Below are positions 17,950 to 27,372 of a stretch of DNA of 64,000 nt, piece after piece. The stretch comes from a bacterium (GTDB taxonomy: Bacteria; Vulcanimicrobiota; Xenobia; Xenobiales; JADMJV01): the NCBI GenBank assembly GCA_018266105.1, contig JAFEBA010000015.1:472-64471 (forward strand), written 5' to 3'. The stretch's first letter is position 1. Every line of letters starts with the position of its first letter. A program made the translations under genes and the position numbers. Under the pieces are notes generated by a model. The model searched no databases. It was not told the origin of the DNA and was given only the letters and a program-made list of their open reading frames with translations.

Positions 17950-18796
17950 TCAGCAGGCGCACGGCCTGGAACTGAACCTGGAAGCATTCCTGGAGCACCA
18001 CGGTGGACTGCTCGGTGGCCTGGGTTGGGATGGCATAGCGAATTTGGAAGCTGCCGCGAGTGGCCGCCACCCATTGATTCTTGATGTCGTAGGCAACTTC
18101 GGCGCGTAACGTGCCGTCAGCGGCCTGGCCGGGCACGCTGGCCGTGGCCTGCACATCCAGCATAGCCAGGGGCACGGCGGTCTGACCGGTGTTGCCCCGG
18201 TAGGTCCAGGTGCAATCCCAGCGAGCATCGACCGGGTTGGCCAGTTCCCGAGCGTTGATCTTAAAGGGGGTGGTCGAGTTCCAGCTGGCCTTGGGCTCCA
18301 GGCCGCGGTTCGTGAACTGAGGCCACAGGCTTTGCAGCCAGCTGCTCAGGATTTCCTGGCGCAGCCACAAGGAGCGACCGGCAGGCTTGATTTCGAGATT
18401 GCGTAGACCGCCCGCCGGGCCAACGCGAGCCTCGATGAAAGTTGTCAACAGTTCCTTATTGTCTTTCTGTTGCCAGCTGTAGCTCACTGACTCCAGCGAT
18501 TCCATCCGCAGTTGTTCCGCCCACTCCTGGCCGGCGGCCTGACCCTGCTGAATAAAAACCCCCTTGAGTTGAGCGTCGCGTCCAGGTGCGGGCACTTCTT
18601 CGAGTTCCGCCTTGTTACCCAGAGCGCTTCCCTCCTGGAGTTGGAGCATGACGGACCAGCGCGTAGCCTGGCCCAGATTGTTATGCACAAAGTGGGTTCC
18701 GAACCAGGGAAAGCGTTCATAAAAGATCACGCTCAGGCCGCCCACTGTGAGTAGCGAGATCAGGAAAAACCAGGCGAACATCTGCGAGCGACGCAT
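17921..18796 (-). CDS. Hypothetical membrane-anchored protein.
   Basis: Open frame with genome-typical codon usage. Probable start at MRRSQMFAWFFLISLLTVGGLSVIFY (single TM anchor); the six-frame track starts 30 codons earlier at 18886. No recognisable domain. Confidence 0.4.
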   Translation of the reverse strand: MRRSQMFAWFFLISLLTVGGLSVIFYERFPWFGTHFVHNNLGQATRWSVMLQLQEGSALGNKAELEEVPAPGRDAQLKGVFIQQGQAAGQEWAEQLRMESLESVSYSWQQKDNKELLTTFIEARVGPAGGLRNLEIKPAGRSLWLRQEILSSWLQSLWPQFTNRGLEPKASWNSTTPFKINARELANPVDARWDCTWTYRGNTGQTAVPLAMLDVQATASVPGQAADGTLRAEVAYDIKNQWVAATRGSFQIRYAIPTQATEQSTVVLQECFQVQFQAVRLLITGPTAQTP

Positions 18797-18921
18797 TTGA
18801 ATCGCTTTCAACAGTGTTACAAGAACCCCTGGAATCAAAAAAAGAGGTTTAGTTTGTCTGGGGGCACGACATAGTGTCAGGAGCACACTACAGAAATCCG
18901 TGTATCAAGGAGAACAATCTC

Positions 18922-20877
18922 ATGACCACGTTGCAACACACAACAATGTCCGATGTGGACCGATATCTTTGGAATAGCAGCAAGCTTTTTCGCAGCTATC
19001 GCAAGCTCGGTGCCCACCTCTGTAACATCGATGGTCTGCGCGGCGTGCATTTCGCCGTCTGGGCGCCGAATGCCGAAGCCGTTCACTTGATGGGCAGCTT
19101 CAATAACTGGAGCCGCAGCGCCACTCCGATGCAGCATTTCGATCGAGAGACCGGCATCTGGTCGGCCTTTCTGCCCGGCCTCGGCGAAGGTACCAGCTAT
19201 AAATACTCCATCACGGCGCGTAACGGTGGTATTCTTGAAAAGGCTGATCCCTATGCGTTTCAAGGTGAACTTCGCCCATCCAATGCTTCAGTGATCTATG
19301 ACCTCCACCGTTACCAGTGGCAGGACCAGCACTGGATGGAGCTGCGCAAGCAGAGCAAGCCCAAAGAGGCTCCCCTCTCGGTGTATGAAGTTCACCTGGG
19401 TTCCTGGCTGCGCAATCTGGACAACAGCTGGATGAGCTATCAGGAGTTGGCGCCGCGACTGATCGACCACGTCAGTCGTCTGGGATACACCCACGTGGAG
19501 TTGCTGCCGATTACCGAATTCCCTTACGACGGGTCCTGGGGTTATCAAGCCACCGGCTATTTTGCCCCCACTTCCCGATACGGCAATCCGGACGAGTTTC
19601 GCTCTCTGGTGGACCAGTTGCATCAGGCCGGCATCGGCGTGATCCTGGACTGGGTGCCGGCTCACTTTCCAACCGATGGCCACGGGCTGGGTTATTTTGA
19701 CGGAACCCATCTCTATGAGCACTCTGATCCGCGTCAGGGGGCCCATCCTGACTGGGGAACGCTGATTTTCAACTACGGTCGTAACGAAGTTCGTAATTTC
19801 TTGATCTCCAGCGCTCTTTTCTGGCTTGAGCACTTCCATATCGACGGTTTGCGCGTAGATGCGGTTGCATCAATGCTTTATCTGGACTACGGTCGTAAGG
19901 ATGGCGAGTGGATTCCCAATATTCACGGGGGGCGCGAGAACCTCGAGGCCATCTCCTTCCTGCAAGAGTTGCATCGCGTCTTACATCAGGAGTATCCGGA
20001 CGTCGTTACCTTTGCTGAGGAATCGACTTCTTTCCCCCGCGTCACCCATCCGGTGGAAGAGGGCGGCCTTGGCTTCACTTTCAAGTGGAATATGGGCTGG
20101 ATGCATGACGTGCTGGACTACTTTGCGCGCGAACCCATTTATCGTCGCTGGCACCATCATCAGCTCACCTTTGGCATGATGTATCAATATTCCGAGAACT
20201 ACCTGCTGCCGTTTTCTCACGACGAAGTGGTTCACCTCAAGAAGTCGATGTTGGACAAGATGCCGGGTGACGAATGGCAAAAGCGCGCTAATCTCCGCAC
20301 TCTTTACGCGCACCAGTTGGGCCATCCGGGCAAAAAGCTGCTGTTTATGGGCAGCGAGTTTGGCCAGTGGCGCGAGTGGAGCGAGGAGAGAGCGCTGGAT
20401 TGGCAAGCTATGGGCGATGAGAAGCATCGCGGCTTGCTTCAGTACTGCACGGAGTTGCAGCAACTTTATCGCCGCTATCCTTCGCTTTATCGCTGGGATT
20501 CTCGTCCAGACGGTTTTCGCTGGTTGGACTGCGACAATGCCGAGCGTTGCCTGTTGAGCTACATGCGTTTGGGTGAGGAGCACGATGCCCGGCTGGTCTT
20601 CGTGCTCAACCTGACCGCTGAAGTGAAGGAGTATTCCATCCCTGTGCCCTTTGCTGAGGCTTGCCGGGTTGTGGTCAACGGCGACGACCGCCGTTTCGGC
20701 GGCAGTGGGGTGGAAATGGTTGAGAAGCGCATTTTGCCAGTGGACGGTCGCCTGACGGTGCACATTGGACCCCTGTGTGCTCTGATTCTTGAGGTTGAGC
20801 CGGCTCCCGAACCGGAGGTCGAAACCTTGCGTTTGAATGAGAAAAAGAAGGCGACCCGGGCGCAGGTGGCTCTCTAG
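18922..20877 (+). CDS. glgB: 1,4-alpha-glucan branching enzyme GlgB.
   Basis: GH13 branching-enzyme hallmarks are present: the N-terminal CBM48 region (GVHFAVWAPNAEAVHLMGSFNNW), and catalytic regions GIGVILDWVPAHF, GLRVDAVASMLY, FAEESTSFP and FSHDEVVH. Confidence 0.9.
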   Translation: MTTLQHTTMSDVDRYLWNSSKLFRSYRKLGAHLCNIDGLRGVHFAVWAPNAEAVHLMGSFNNWSRSATPMQHFDRETGIWSAFLPGLGEGTSYKYSITARNGGILEKADPYAFQGELRPSNASVIYDLHRYQWQDQHWMELRKQSKPKEAPLSVYEVHLGSWLRNLDNSWMSYQELAPRLIDHVSRLGYTHVELLPITEFPYDGSWGYQATGYFAPTSRYGNPDEFRSLVDQLHQAGIGVILDWVPAHFPTDGHGLGYFDGTHLYEHSDPRQGAHPDWGTLIFNYGRNEVRNFLISSALFWLEHFHIDGLRVDAVASMLYLDYGRKDGEWIPNIHGGRENLEAISFLQELHRVLHQEYPDVVTFAEESTSFPRVTHPVEEGGLGFTFKWNMGWMHDVLDYFAREPIYRRWHHHQLTFGMMYQYSENYLLPFSHDEVVHLKKSMLDKMPGDEWQKRANLRTLYAHQLGHPGKKLLFMGSEFGQWREWSEERALDWQAMGDEKHRGLLQYCTELQQLYRRYPSLYRWDSRPDGFRWLDCDNAERCLLSYMRLGEEHDARLVFVLNLTAEVKEYSIPVPFAEACRVVVNGDDRRFGGSGVEMVEKRILPVDGRLTVHIGPLCALILEVEPAPEPEVETLRLNEKKKATRAQVAL

Positions 20878-20897
20878 GTCAGAGCCTCACTGGCCGA

Positions 20898-20936
20898 TAA
20901 AAAAAGAGCCCGGTCTTTCGGCCGGGCTCTTTTTCT
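20898..20936. terminator. Bidirectional rho-independent terminator between glgB (+) and the 20952..21659 gene (-).
   Basis: AAAAAAA-GAGCCCGG-tctttcg-CCGGGCTC-TTTTT: a GC-rich 8-bp stem flanked by an A-run and a T-run. Confidence 0.7.
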
Positions 20937-20951
20937 GTCGCAGACAAGCTT

Positions 20952-21659
20952 CTAGCCGCCCTCGGCCAGGCGCTTTTCGGCCCGGTTCTGGCGTGCCTTG
21001 AAGAACATCGCGTAGCGGATCAGGGCGGCCCGGTCCTTGTCTGAGATGTCGGCGTCGAACTCAACTTCAGTGATGTACTGACGGCGTCCGCTCGAGGTAT
21101 CCTCGACCGAAGAAAGGGCCTTTCCTTTGGTGTTGATCTCGGAACCGTTGGGAATCTCCACTTCCATCAGAAGCTGGGTGGCTTTGGGAATGGGCAGGTT
21201 GGTGATCAGAAAGAGACCGTTGTTGGTCACGCTGTGGGTCTTGGCCACCTGAGTGTGGGCCGTGGACATGGCCCGAAACTCAACCGAGATGTTGACCTCG
21301 ATTTTGAAATCATCGTTGCGCGGCGGGAAACTGGTCTCTTCAACGTCTTTCTCTTTGGGCGGATACATGACGTCGAAGTCACGGTCGCGAGCGCCCATCA
21401 CAAACCCCTTGTAGGACACGAGGTTGTCGTCGATCAGGGTGGACACGGTAACTTCCTGCCCGTCGCCAACTCGCATCGGCTTGCGTTCGCTGCCGGGGAT
21501 CTGCAGAACCACACGTTTCTTGTGAACTTCCTGCACCTGCACGAAGTAGGCCTCGTAGGCACCGTTGTTTCCAACCTGCATCTCCACTTCAACCTCTTGA
21601 CGGGGTTGAAGCTTGAACTGCGCCTTTTTCGGCTTGCCGCCAAATAAACCACCGAACAC
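20952..21659 (-). CDS. Hypothetical protein, possibly a degenerate YcgR/PilZ-like two-domain protein.
   Basis: 235 aa. Size and two-domain layout resemble YcgR-type proteins, and the C-terminal half has a weak DxSxxG-like segment (HSVTNNGLFL). The canonical RxxxR motif is not evident. Confidence 0.35.
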   Translation of the reverse strand: MFGGLFGGKPKKAQFKLQPRQEVEVEMQVGNNGAYEAYFVQVQEVHKKRVVLQIPGSERKPMRVGDGQEVTVSTLIDDNLVSYKGFVMGARDRDFDVMYPPKEKDVEETSFPPRNDDFKIEVNISVEFRAMSTAHTQVAKTHSVTNNGLFLITNLPIPKATQLLMEVEIPNGSEINTKGKALSSVEDTSSGRRQYITEVEFDADISDKDRAALIRYAMFFKARQNRAEKRLAEGG

Positions 21660-21735
21660 TTAAAGACCCTCCTCGATTCCTGCGACCCTGTCAGGTCGTC
21701 CAGGAACCCCTGCATGAATCTGTCTCAAAGGCTCG

Positions 21736-23406
21736 GTGTTAGTCGAGGGCGTTCCTTTTCCTGTCGGACTGGTCAAATTCGCCCAATTCGAGATCCGTGA
21801 TGCTACCCGCTGGTCAGAATCGGCTGTGCTGTTGACTGGTCTCGAGCTTTCTCCGGCAGGTAGTTTACACCAGAACACAAACCAGAGAGCTGTGCAGAAG
21901 CCACAAACGTTGCCCAAAAGCCGCTGGCTCTGGTTGTTTGTGTTGGGCTTCCTGTTCAACATGATCTATGTTGGTCTCTACTATCAGATGGACGATGAGG
22001 CCGTCTGCGTGTTGGCCGTCCAGCGCATTCTGGCCGGTGAACTTCCTTATCGAGACTTTACCTCGGATATCAGCCCGGGGTCTTATTTTTTGTCGTTGCC
22101 CTTTTTCGCACTGCTGGGCTTCGCGCCCGAAGCCATTCGCGGTTTACTGGCTCTGCTGGCCGCGCTGACCGGGCTGGTGGTGCAGGCTATTTCCAATCGC
22201 GTGATGCCGGTCAGTTGGAGATATCTGCCCTGGCTGGTCTGGGTGTGTGGTGGGCTGGCCACTCACATGATTTTTAACTATCACTGGTTTGGTGCCCTTT
22301 TTCTCAGCGCCGGAGCCTACTGTTCCATGGGCTGGTTGGAAACAGGAAGCCGGCGCTGGGGGTTGTCGCTGGGGGTCTGCGGCGGGCTTTCTTTCTGGTG
22401 TTTGCAGAGCGACGGGGCTGTGTTGGCTCTGGCCACGGTGATGCTGTGGTTGCGATTTCGGCCACGGGGGCTCCATTGGGTCTTCCTGGGGGCTCTGGCC
22501 TCTTCAATCTTGCTTTGGCTGCCGTTATTCCCGTGGAGATCGACCATCTGGAACGAGAATTTCAGAGTCATCGGCCACCATCTGGCCTCTCGTCGAACTG
22601 GCTTTCAGTTTCGCCTGGGTCCCGACATGGTCGCCGATTATCTTCGTCAACCAGCCAATCTGGTTCAGTTGTCGGGTGTGCTCTTGACGTTGGAGCGCTA
22701 CACATTTTTTTACCCGGTCCTGTTGGCCGGAGTCGTTCTGGCCGAGCGTCGTCGAGATGTCTTCTTTTGTGTGCTTTGCTACTCGGTGCTGGCATTCATG
22801 GTGGTCAACTGGCCTCGTCAGACGGTTGCTTATCTGGGATACTGTGGGGCGCTTTACGGGCTGGTCTTCTGTCGTTTGCTCTCTCTCGTTTCCTCTAAGA
22901 AGTTGCCAAAAGTGCTGGCTATTCTTACGCTGCTGCAATTTGCCCTCAATTGGCACGCCTTGAATTCACGTTTTTGCATTGCCATCCAGACTCGCAGTGG
23001 CGTCTACTGGAGTGAAAACAGGGTGGAGGCTGCTCTTATGGCCCATCTTCACGAGTGGGTTCAGCTCTACACTCCCCCGTCCACCGCGGTCTTCGCTTAT
23101 CCCTATTTCACCAGTCTTTACACGACCGAGTTTCTGGTCAACCCTACGCGCGAACCGCTCTTTGTTGAAGGTGTTTTTCCCATAGAACGAATGCGGGCGT
23201 GCAAGCAAGTGCTGAGAACCAAAAAAATCGAATACCTCTTTGTTCAACCGCTGGTGCCCGAGGCGGTCGCCGAAGTTTGCTCTCTGTCCAGTGAGGAGTT
23301 TCAGCGCGTGTCGGCAGAATGGCGGACCGAGTTGCTTGAGGACTACGAGCCGTTCCAAAAACAGGGTTCGCTCACTCTCTATCGCCGGCGCGCTGACCTT
23401 CCTTGA
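21736..23406 (+). CDS. Polytopic membrane protein resembling GT-C-fold glycosyltransferases (ArnT/PMT-like).
   Basis: About 11 predicted TM helices. An acidic DE motif sits in the first periplasmic loop (YYQMDDEAV), as in GT39/GT83 enzymes. A soluble C-terminal domain follows. The true start may be downstream of the track start. Confidence 0.45.
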   Translation: MLVEGVPFPVGLVKFAQFEIRDATRWSESAVLLTGLELSPAGSLHQNTNQRAVQKPQTLPKSRWLWLFVLGFLFNMIYVGLYYQMDDEAVCVLAVQRILAGELPYRDFTSDISPGSYFLSLPFFALLGFAPEAIRGLLALLAALTGLVVQAISNRVMPVSWRYLPWLVWVCGGLATHMIFNYHWFGALFLSAGAYCSMGWLETGSRRWGLSLGVCGGLSFWCLQSDGAVLALATVMLWLRFRPRGLHWVFLGALASSILLWLPLFPWRSTIWNENFRVIGHHLASRRTGFQFRLGPDMVADYLRQPANLVQLSGVLLTLERYTFFYPVLLAGVVLAERRRDVFFCVLCYSVLAFMVVNWPRQTVAYLGYCGALYGLVFCRLLSLVSSKKLPKVLAILTLLQFALNWHALNSRFCIAIQTRSGVYWSENRVEAALMAHLHEWVQLYTPPSTAVFAYPYFTSLYTTEFLVNPTREPLFVEGVFPIERMRACKQVLRTKKIEYLFVQPLVPEAVAEVCSLSSEEFQRVSAEWRTELLEDYEPFQKQGSLTLYRRRADLP

Positions 23407-23497
23407 GGGCTCCGGGTTTGACAAGGATTCTCAAAGGATATAAAATTCCCGACTTGGGTTGGTCTGCCAACCGCCGGAACCGAACTTGGAGTGAATT

Positions 23498-23710
23498 GTG
23501 CCGAACTACAGTGAACATTACTTAGAAAATTACTACGATGACCACGAGTTCTTCGATCCGCAGTGCCGTGATCGCCGTATTCGTGAGGTCAATATGCGCA
23601 CCAAGCGCTGTCTGACCTGCCCGGGCCTGCAGGCCTGCAAGAACTATCCTGAGTTCTGGCTGCAAGGGCTGGAAGGACGCGAAGTCCTGAACGAGGCCCT
23701 GACTCGCTAA
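23498..23710 (+). CDS. Small Cys-containing hypothetical protein (70 aa).
   Basis: It has the spacing C-x15-C-x2-C-x5-C. Its stop overlaps the next start (TAATG), implying translational coupling with the esterase gene. Confidence 0.4.
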   Translation: MPNYSEHYLENYYDDHEFFDPQCRDRRIREVNMRTKRCLTCPGLQACKNYPEFWLQGLEGREVLNEALTR

Positions 23711-24441
23711 TGCGGGTCACCAAAGTCCCCTATCATAGCCAGGTCCTGAATAAGCAGATGCCCGTAGCCATCTACGGGCATTTTGGCGTTCCCGTGATGG
23801 TTTTTCCGACCGCTGATCAGGACTTTGAGGAGTACGAGCGTCAGGGGATGATTGAAACGCTCGGGCCCTTCATCAATCAGGGCATGGTCAAGCTTTTCTG
23901 CGTCTCGGCCATCAATCGCGAGAGCTGGATGAATCGTCAGATCTCGGCTCCCGAGCGGGCCTTTCGCCAGAGCCTGTATGACCGCCACGTCACCGAGGAG
24001 TTGGTGCCGCTGATCTATCACGACTGTCGGGGCAAATTGCCGATCGCCACTGTTGGCAGCAGTTTTGGCGCCTATCACGCCGCCAATGAATTGATCAAGC
24101 ATCCGGATATCTTCCGCTGGTGCATCGCAATGAGCGGCATCTATGATATGAGCAGTTACTTTGACGGGCATTTCGACCAGAACTGCCTGGAGAATAACCC
24201 TTGTGATTATCTGGCTCGCCTTCAGGATAGCAAGCGCATCAAGCAGCTCAATGAGTGCAGTATCAACATTATCTGTGGTCAGGGCCCGTGGGAGCGCGTG
24301 GAGTGGTCGCGGCAGTTGCCTCAGGCGTTGGCGCGTCGGGGTATCGAGCACAATTTTGACCTTTGGGGTCACGATGTTGCTCACGACTGGCCCTGGTGGA
24401 AGATTCAGCTCGGTCTCTACTTTCCCCGTTTGTTCAGCTGA
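23710..24441 (+). CDS. Alpha/beta-hydrolase, putative esterase family (esterase D / enterochelin-esterase-like fold).
   Basis: Nucleophile elbow GSSFGAY (GxSxG). The overall pattern resembles PF00756 esterases. Confidence 0.6.
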   Translation: MRVTKVPYHSQVLNKQMPVAIYGHFGVPVMVFPTADQDFEEYERQGMIETLGPFINQGMVKLFCVSAINRESWMNRQISAPERAFRQSLYDRHVTEELVPLIYHDCRGKLPIATVGSSFGAYHAANELIKHPDIFRWCIAMSGIYDMSSYFDGHFDQNCLENNPCDYLARLQDSKRIKQLNECSINIICGQGPWERVEWSRQLPQALARRGIEHNFDLWGHDVAHDWPWWKIQLGLYFPRLFS

Positions 24442-25037
24442 TGACTCACGAGCTGGAGCAGGAGCTCAAGTTTCAAATCGCCGGACCCGCCGAGTTCGAG
24501 AAGGTGCTGAGCTTTCTCGGACCGGCTGAGAAGTTGCTCAATCAATGCAACTACTACTTCTCTGATCGCGCTGACCGCGTTTCGCCGGATTGGTCCTTGC
24601 GTGTCCGCCAGGAGAACGATTTGTTTGAGTTGACCTTCAAGCTTGGTCAAAAACAGAGCGAGGGTTACTTCCAGGCCACCGAGGTGGAGTGTCTGGTTGA
24701 CAAAGACCAGGCCGATGAACTGCTCTATCAACCGGTCTGGAGCGAGACTCTTTGGGAGCTGCCTCCGTTACAGCGTCTGCGTCAGGAATTTGGGGTTGAG
24801 CGTCTGGTTTTACTGGGTTCGCTGCGTAACCAGCGCCACCGTTGCCCTCAGGCGGGCGGTTGGGTGGCTGAACTGGATATCACCCAATTTCCTAATGGCC
24901 AGACCGACTACGAGTTGGAAGTTGAGACAGCCGACGTAGAGGGTGTACGTCAGGCGCTGAAGCCGGTGGACGAGTACCTTGCTCCTCAGTCGAAGACCAA
25001 GTTTCGCCGTTTCCTGGAGCGCTTCTCTAAGCTTTAG
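24441..25037 (+). CDS. CYTH-domain protein (triphosphate tunnel metalloenzyme; class IV adenylate cyclase / thiamine-triphosphatase-like).
   Basis: It starts ...ELEQELKFQI, the ExExK signature that opens CYTH domains. About 198 aa. The ATG overlaps the esterase stop (TGATG). Confidence 0.55.
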   Translation: MTHELEQELKFQIAGPAEFEKVLSFLGPAEKLLNQCNYYFSDRADRVSPDWSLRVRQENDLFELTFKLGQKQSEGYFQATEVECLVDKDQADELLYQPVWSETLWELPPLQRLRQEFGVERLVLLGSLRNQRHRCPQAGGWVAELDITQFPNGQTDYELEVETADVEGVRQALKPVDEYLAPQSKTKFRRFLERFSKL

Positions 25038-25728
25038 GCTCATTCCCGAGTTCGACCACCAGGGGAAGATGGTCGGAAGGTTCCTGATGATTGGGTAAAA
25101 AGGCCGATGGAGTCGGCATGGGCAGGGCCTTAACCTGTAGTTCGCGCGAGTAGAGCACGAAGTCGATGCGCCTGGGTTGGCCGTCTTTTATGAAACTGTG
25201 GTTTGGGCCGACCTGTTCGAAGGCGTCCGTCAGCCCGCTTTCCAGGCATTTGAGCACTATCGGATCGCTGCGTTCGCAGTTGAAGTCGCCGCAGATCAGG
25301 GCGGGGGGGCGCAGTCGCTCCAGTGCCTCACTGATCTGTTTGAGTCCCAAGCCCGGCCTGGCCTGAGGGGGGTCCCACTTGAGGTGGGTTGTGGCGACCA
25401 TCAGATTGGGCAACTGCAGCATCAATACCCCATGGCCCGAGCCGTCGCTGTAGTGAAGTTCGTCCCAGTTCCCTGGCAGGTGAGTAAGGATGGCGCAGCC
25501 GTCAGGCCTGTCCCCACTCTTCTTGAAGAAGCGGCCAGGCAATCCCAGTTCCTTGATCAGGTCAGGCTCCGCCTCTTGCAGGCATAGAATGTCGGCGTTG
25601 AGGGTGCGGATGCGTTCCAATAATCGTCGCCGGCGTGAGGCGGGCTCAAGGGCTTCAGGCAAGCATCCCTGATAGTAGTTGGGGTTGACGTAAGCGTTGG
25701 CGAGAACGTTGTAGCTGACCAGCCTCAT
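25027..25728 (-). CDS. Endonuclease/exonuclease/phosphatase (EEP) family protein.
   Basis: Motifs LCLQEAEPD, GDFN and SDHLPLVVEL are characteristic of the EEP fold. Confidence 0.8.
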   Translation of the reverse strand: MRLVSYNVLANAYVNPNYYQGCLPEALEPASRRRRLLERIRTLNADILCLQEAEPDLIKELGLPGRFFKKSGDRPDGCAILTHLPGNWDELHYSDGSGHGVLMLQLPNLMVATTHLKWDPPQARPGLGLKQISEALERLRPPALICGDFNCERSDPIVLKCLESGLTDAFEQVGPNHSFIKDGQPRRIDFVLYSRELQVKALPMPTPSAFLPNHQEPSDHLPLVVELGNEPKA

Positions 25729-25925
25729 CCCATGATGTCGAGGTTTCGACCCAGGAAACGGGCTTTGCGCATCTTTTCCATGACTTCATCTGGCAGCTTG
25801 ACTTTGACCCCACAATGGGGGCAGCGGGGAGTTTTTTCAAAATCCTCAAGTCCCCATTCGGGCAGAAGCTTGCGACAATCGGGACAGGCCATTCGCTGTT
25901 CGGGTTGGATGCGTCCGAGTTCCAT
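25725..25925 (-). CDS. Small zinc-ribbon protein.
   Basis: Two CxxC pairs (CPDC...CPHC). The track ORF starts at 26036, but the first 37 codons have AT-rich, atypical codon usage, so a start at MELGRIQ (25925) or MACPDC (25892) is more likely. Confidence 0.35.
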   Translation of the reverse strand: MELGRIQPEQRMACPDCRKLLPEWGLEDFEKTPRCPHCGVKVKLPDEVMEKMRKARFLGRNLDIMG

Positions 25926-26063
25926 ATTTGTTCGAGTTCTGAGCTCGCCCTTCGATCCCTGGTGGACAGGTGTAAGAATGGGCTGAGCGGGGAATGACTG
26001 GGTTTTAGTCCGTCTGAAACGTGGAAGAAAGTTCAAGTTTCAGCCTCACCTAAGGGATCTACG

Positions 26064-27368
26064 ATGAAAAAAAACTCCGGTATTTGGGTGCTCATGCTGG
26101 CCGCTTTGACGCTGGCCTCCCTGTTCATGATCTGGGACCCCCGCTCTAATAAACTCAAGCTGCGGCTGGGTCTGGATTTGAAATCCGGATCGCACATCGC
26201 GGTACGCCTGATGGAGGCGCGCGACCCGATAACGGGTGAGGTGACGAAGGTCACTCAACGCGTTCAGGAACAGGCCGTGCTCGTCTTTCAGAAGCGCCTG
26301 AACCCCGACGGAACCAAGGAGATTGTGGTCACCCCTGAGCCTCCCGACCGTCTGATCGTCGAGATTCCCGAGGAAACGAATCTCCAGAAGGCGGAAGACC
26401 TGGTTCGCCAGGCCGCTCGCCTGGAGATCAAAGAACCACGGTATGACCCGGTGACCAAGACCACGACCTGGAAGACGGTAATGGACGGCACCGGGATCAC
26501 GGGGGCCCACGCCGAGCCCATGCCGAGCGACTCCCTCTGGCAGGTCTCGTTTAGTATGAATCGCACCGCCGCCAAGCAGTTTGGCGACATCACTCGTCGG
26601 TTGGTGGGTCGCCAGATGGCCATCTACTTTGACGGTCGCGAAGTCATGACGGCCACTGTGGAGAATCCCATCACTCAGGGCAACTGCGTGATTACCAAGA
26701 TCCGCGGCGGGGCCGACCCCAATCATCCGGGCCGCCAGCGCACGGCAGTGGAAGAGGCCACCGAGTTGGCCCAGTTGCTGAGCGCCGGTTCGCTGCCCGT
26801 GGACGTTAAAATCCTTGAATCCTATACCGTCAGCCCGACCCTGGGTGCGCAGTCGTTGCAGTACAGTCTGGAGGCGGGAGCCATCGGCCTGGGCTGCGTG
26901 TGCCTTTACATGATTGGCTATTACAAGCTGCCCGGCTTCACCGCCTCGGTTGCTCTGGTCATTTACACCATCGTGTGTCTGGCTAGTATGAACATACCTG
27001 GCCTGGAGTTCGTGCTCACGCTCCCGGGAATCGCTGGCTTTATCCTGTCAATCGGGATGGCGGTGGACGCGAATGTGCTCATTTTCGAGAGGCTCAAAGA
27101 GGAGCTTTGGGAGAACAAGCCGGTGGCTCAGGCCATCAGCATCGGGTTTGAGAAAGCCTGGCCCTCCATTCTGGACGGTCACGTCACAACCGCTGTCGGC
27201 GCTTTCATTCTCTACATCTTCGGCTCAGCCACCATTCGCGGTTTCGGATTAACCTTGCTGGTGGGCACGGCCTGGAGTCTCATCACAGCCACGCTTTTCA
27301 CGCGTTCGATGATCGACTTTGCATTCTACGGTCTCAAAGTCCAAGACCGAAAGACGTTTGGAGCTTAG
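26064..27368 (+). CDS. secD: Protein translocase subunit SecD.
   Basis: N-terminal TM helix, periplasmic domain, then six C-terminal TM helices with conserved SecD motifs (GLGCVCLYMIGYY, LPGIAGFILSIGMAVDANVLIFER). Confidence 0.85.
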   Translation: MKKNSGIWVLMLAALTLASLFMIWDPRSNKLKLRLGLDLKSGSHIAVRLMEARDPITGEVTKVTQRVQEQAVLVFQKRLNPDGTKEIVVTPEPPDRLIVEIPEETNLQKAEDLVRQAARLEIKEPRYDPVTKTTTWKTVMDGTGITGAHAEPMPSDSLWQVSFSMNRTAAKQFGDITRRLVGRQMAIYFDGREVMTATVENPITQGNCVITKIRGGADPNHPGRQRTAVEEATELAQLLSAGSLPVDVKILESYTVSPTLGAQSLQYSLEAGAIGLGCVCLYMIGYYKLPGFTASVALVIYTIVCLASMNIPGLEFVLTLPGIAGFILSIGMAVDANVLIFERLKEELWENKPVAQAISIGFEKAWPSILDGHVTTAVGAFILYIFGSATIRGFGLTLLVGTAWSLITATLFTRSMIDFAFYGLKVQDRKTFGA

Positions 27369-27372
27369 CCGT

